A model generated the notes under the pieces. That model was not told the origin of the DNA. It was given only the letters and a program-made list of their open reading frames with translations, and searched no databases. A stretch of DNA of 64,000 nucleotides from Macrostomum hystrix (taxonomy: Eukaryota > Animalia > Platyhelminthes): positions 3,472,001 through 3,536,000 of the forward strand of contig CATNEN010000012.1 of assembly GCA_950097015.1 (NCBI GenBank), read 5' to 3'. Made by a program: the position numbers and the translations under genes. Below are positions 60,105 to 64,000 of this stretch, in pieces. The first letter of the stretch is position 1. Each line of letters begins with the position of its first letter.

Positions 60105-60377
60105 GACACAACAGCCCGCGAGGAGGCAATTCTGCCCATTTCCGCTGACTCCTGAGCACACACGAACACAGATACTTTACTCAGGCACACACTCACACAG
60201 GTGTGTACATCTGCCCTAACACTCTCATTGTCATGCAGTATGCACTTTCACTGTGTCTTTAAGGGCGTAAATTGCACGACAAGCCCCCAAGCCTTTTCTC
60301 CGTGGCTGCGGCCCAATTGAATGTGGCCTCGTCGCGGAATCGAGCTCAGGGACCTTGGTGCGAGAGACAAACGCGTT
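60105..60377 (-). mobile_element. SINE family 1 copy, antisense, in PPIP5K intron 3
   Basis: Reverse complement of the family 1 body (GCGAGGAGGCAATTCTGCCCATTTCCGCTGACTCCTGAGCAC...GGAATCGAGCTCAGGGACCTTGGTGCGAGAGA). Confidence 0.88.
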
Positions 60378-60479
60378 AGATCGCTGTGCCGCTCACCCCT
60401 AGGCCAGTCTAAGAGATAATCCCACCATGATAATCCTCAGAGCCACCTCTTTACACGGTTTCAAAACGATAATCCTTCT

Positions 60480-60852
60480 TTCCAACTCATCCTCAGAGAT
60501 AATCCCAACTTCTAACTAACCTCAGAGATAATCCCAACTTCTAACAATCATCAGAGATAATCCCAACTTCTAACTAATCTCAGAGATAATCCCAACTTCT
60601 AACTAACCTCAGATATAATCCCAACTTCTAACAATCATCAGAGATAATCACAACTTCTAACTAACCTCAGAGATAATCCCAACTTCTAACTAACCTCAGA
60701 GATAATCCCAACTTCTAACTAACCTCAGAGATAATCCCAACTTCAAACTAACCTCAGAGATAATCCCAACTTCTAACTAATCCTCAGAGATAATCCCAAC
60801 TTCTAACTAACCCTCAGAGATAATCCCAACTTCTAACTAACCTCAGAGATAA
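60480..60852. repeat. 29/30-bp minisatellite (CTCAGAGATAATCCCAACTTCTAACTAAC) in PPIP5K intron 3
   Basis: About 12 copies. Confidence 0.92.
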
Positions 60853-60884
60853 GCCCATTTTTAAACTCAACAACCGACGCACAG

Positions 60885-61081
60885 GTCCTGGAGCGGCACG
60901 GCAGATTTCGTGGCATCAACAGAAAGGCGCAGCTGAAGCTGCTGACGCAGCCACATGATGGCGGCCCAGTTGCCAGCGAGGTCGGTTCCACCGATGGCGC
61001 ACTCCTTCTGGTGCTGAAGTGGGGCGGCGAGCTCACCCAGGAGGGACGAGAGCAGGCCGAGAGGCTCGGTCGGGCGTTCAG
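60885..61081 (+). CDS. PPIP5K: PPIP5K exon 4
   Basis: [43 protein letters not shown]. Donor AG|GTGGGG is phase 2. Confidence 0.94.
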
Positions 61082-61179
61082 GTGGGGTGTCAAAACATTT
61101 TTATTGGGTGTCCTAAAATGAAAATAAACTGAAACAAAGAAATCGCTGGGCGAAACTACAGCTGTTCATAGAAAGACCC

Positions 61180-61540
61180 ACAGTGATTCCTAGAAAAACG
61201 AGTCCGAAAATCATTCCTAGAAATGATTCCTGTAAACACGAGTCCCAAATGATTCCTAGAAACACAAGTCCCAAATGATTCCTGGAAACACGAGTCACAA
61301 ATGATTCCTAGAAACACAAGTCCCAAATGATTCCTGGAAACACGAGTCCCAAATTATTCCTAGAAACACAAGTCCGAAATGATTCCTGGAAACACGAGTC
61401 CCAAATTATTCCTAGAAGTACGAGTCCCAAATGATTCATAGAAACACGAGTCCAAAAGTCTGTCATTGAAACACGAGTCCCTAAATGATTCCTAAAAATT
61501 ATTCCTGGAAACACGAGTCTCACAATGATTTCTAGAGATA
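61180..61540. repeat. ~26-bp minisatellite (AAATGATTCCTGGAAACACGAGTCCC) in PPIP5K intron 4
   Basis: About 13 degenerate copies. Confidence 0.88.
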
Positions 61541-61575
61541 CGACTCCTAAAAAGCGCCGTCCCCACACCGTGCAG

Positions 61576-62167
61576 GGTGCTCTACCCTGGCGGCGAGAGC
61601 TACCCACAGCGGGACGGCCTGGGCCTGCTCCGCCTGCACTCAACCTACCGGCACGATCTGAAAATCTACGCCAGCGACGAGGGCCGCGTCCAGACCACGG
61701 CAGCCGCCTTCGCCAAGGGCTTTCTGGATCTCGAGGGCCCTCTGACGCCGATCCTAGTCCAGATGGTTAAGTCGGCCAACACCGACGGCCTGCTGGACTC
61801 CGGCGCCAGCGATTGGCGTCGATTCATGGCCGTGGTGAAGGCTCGCATCCAGGCCTGCCTCAGCTGCGACCGCGAATGGAACGAGGCCGACCTGCAGCGG
61901 GTGGCGCCCACCGGGGCCACTTCGGTGCTGCGCGCAATGTACCGAGTGCGCAACCCGGGGCAGGCCTGCAAGCGGATGAGCGCCTGCATGGAGTCCATGT
62001 GCAGCAGGCTGGCAAAGCTGTGCGAGGATCAGCAGCAGCACCCAAAGCAGCTCTACCATGGCGAGAGCTGCGACTTGGCTCTGGGCCGTTGGCGAAAATT
62101 GGCCAAAGATTTTCACCAGGTCGCCGGTAGCCCAGCTACTAATGGCGAGAAATTCGCCTTCTCTAAG
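61576..62167 (+). CDS. PPIP5K: PPIP5K exon 5
   Basis: [62 protein letters not shown]. Donor AAG|GTGCGC. Confidence 0.96.
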
Positions 62168-62194
62168 GTGCGCAATCAGTCTACGGGTAGATGA

Positions 62195-62702
62195 ATGGGG
62201 ATTGATAAGTATAGACAGTGCATTGATAAGTATAGACAGTGGATTGATAAAGAGAGACAGTGGATTGATAAGTATAGACAGTGGATTGATGGGAAGAGAC
62301 AGTGGATTGATAAAGAGAGACAGTAGATTGATAAATGGAGACAGTGGATTGATAAAGAGAGACAGTGGATTGATAAAGAGAGACAGTGGATTGATAAAGA
62401 GAGACAGTAGATTGATAAAGAGAGACAGTGGATTGATGGGAAGAGACAGTGGATTGATAAAGAGAGACAGTGGATTGATAAATAGAGATAATGGATTGAT
62501 AAAGAGAGACAGTAGATTGATAAAGAGAGACAGTAGATTGATGGGAAGAGACAGTGGATTGATAAAGAGAGACAGTGGATTGATGGGAAGAGACAGTGGA
62601 TTGATAAAGAGAGACAGTGGATTGATGGGAAGAGACAGTGGATTGATGGGAAGAGACAGTGGATTGATAAAGAGAGACAGTGGATTGATGGGAAGAGACA
62701 GT
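62195..62702. repeat. 21-bp minisatellite (GACAGTGGATTGATAAAGAGA) in PPIP5K intron 5
   Basis: About 24 copies. Confidence 0.94.
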
Positions 62703-62748
62703 TGACAGATTTCTATCAAATTCATGCTCAAAATTCATCCTTGTTCAG

Positions 62749-63014
62749 ATACCGGACATCTATGACAACATCAAATACGACCTGCTGCACAATCTGGAAG
62801 TGTTTGCTGATCTAGCCCAGTCGCGTGAGCTGTACATTCTAGCCAAGAACATGGCGGACATTGTCGTGCCCAGCGAGTACGGCATCACCAGAGAGGAGAA
62901 GCTGGCCATTGCTCAGCAGGTCTGCAGTCCGTTGCTACGGAAAATCCTGGCGGACACTCAGTACACCAGCTCACTGGAGTTGGACGACTGCGGCAGCACC
63001 AGGCTTAACACAGA
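62749..63014 (+). CDS. PPIP5K: PPIP5K exon 6 (gene continues beyond the window)
   Basis: IPDIYDNIKYDLLHN..LYILAKNMADIVVPSEYGITREEKLAIA..PLLRKI. Donor GA|GTGAGT is phase 2. Confidence 0.95.
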
Positions 63015-63029
63015 GTGAGTCGCTGCGGC

Positions 63030-64000
63030 CCCTGAATAATTGAGCCTGTGTGAGTCACTCCTGATAAGACCATAGCCTGAATAATTGAGACTGTGTAGAG
63101 TCACTCCTGATGAGACCATAGTCTGGATAATTGAGACTGTGTGAGTCACTCCTGATAAGACCATAGCCTGAATAATTGAGACTGTGTAGAGTCACTCCTG
63201 ATGAGACCATAGTCTGGATAATTGAGACTGTGTGAGTCACTCCTGATGAGACCATAGCCTGAATAATTGAGACTGTGTGAGTCACTCCTGATGAGACCAG
63301 AGTCTGAATAATTGAGACTGTGTGAGTCACTCCTGATAAGACCATAGCCTGAATAATTGAGACTGTGTGAGTCACTCCTGATGAGACCATAGTCTGGATA
63401 ATTGAGACTGTGTGAGTCACTCCTGATAAGACCATAGTCTGAATAATTGAGCCTGTGTGAGTCACTCCTGATAAGACCATAGTCTGGATAATTGAGACTG
63501 TGTGAGTCACTCCTGATGAGACCATAGTCTGGATAATTGAGCCTGTGTGAGTCACTCCTGATAAGACCATAGCCTGAATAATTGAGCTGGTGTAGAGTCA
63601 CTCCTGATGAGACCATAGCCTGAATAATTGAGCCTGTGTGAGTCACTCCTGATGAGACCATAGTCTGGATAATTGAGACTGTGTGAGTCACTCCTGATAA
63701 GACCATAGTCTGAATAATTGAGCCTGTGTGAGTCACTCCTGATAAGACCATAGTCTGGATAATTGAGACTGTGTGAGTCACTCCTGATAAGACCATAGTC
63801 TGAATAATTGAGCCTGTGTGAGTCACTCCTGATAAGACCATAGCCTGAATAATTGAGCCTGTGTGAGTCACTCCTGATAAGACCATAGTCTGAATAATTG
63901 AGACTGTGTGAGTCACTCCTGATAAGACCATAGTCTGGATAATTGAGACTGTGTGAGTCACTCCTGATAAGACCATAGTCTGGATAATTGAGACTGTGTG
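63030..64000. repeat. 45-bp minisatellite (GTGTGAGTCACTCCTGATAAGACCATAGTCTGGATAATTGAGACT) in PPIP5K intron 6, runs off the window
   Basis: About 22 copies. Confidence 0.96.

Noticed and set aside
61754-63976. Minus-strand ORFs of 171-325 aa
   Set aside because: Antisense shadows of PPIP5K exons plus translations of the 21-bp and 45-bp arrays.
211-64000. Tandem arrays as CRISPR arrays
   Set aside because: Units are contiguous with no unique spacers, there are no cas genes, and the context is eukaryotic spliced genes.
211-64000. Array unit lengths tuned to the ~10.5-bp helical repeat
   Set aside because: Several units are 20-22, 31 or 41 bp, but as many (16, 17, 23, 25, 26, 28, 35, 45) are off-phase; no convincing pattern.

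Overview
Eukaryotic (animal) genomic DNA with spliced genes. The GC-rich exons and minisatellite-filled introns suggest a free-living flatworm such as Macrostomum, but this is inference and cannot be verified from the window. Genes reconstructed by eye: (1) a 3-exon divergent Rheb GTPase on the minus strand (5402 to 67, 182 aa, one GC-AG intron); (2) an intronless 610-aa DEG/ENaC channel (minus, 9884-11716); (3) a defective piggyBac transposon (~16100-17914); (4) a truncated, probably decaying 2-exon ANF-receptor-domain gene (18016-20301); (5) a complete 12-exon NPR-type receptor guanylyl cyclase (29266-50417, 1133 aa); (6) the first six exons of PPIP5K/VIP1 (54514-63014, continuing beyond the window, one GC-AG intron). 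There are two tRNA-derived SINE families, one with a MIR/CORE-like central domain, and clean target-site duplications are visible. A hAT-type MITE is also present. About 25 unrelated tandem arrays cover roughly 40-45% of the window, and almost every intron carries its own private minisatellite. Nearly all long ORFs in the supplied track are read-throughs of these arrays. No CRISPR array, rRNA or bona fide tRNA gene was found.
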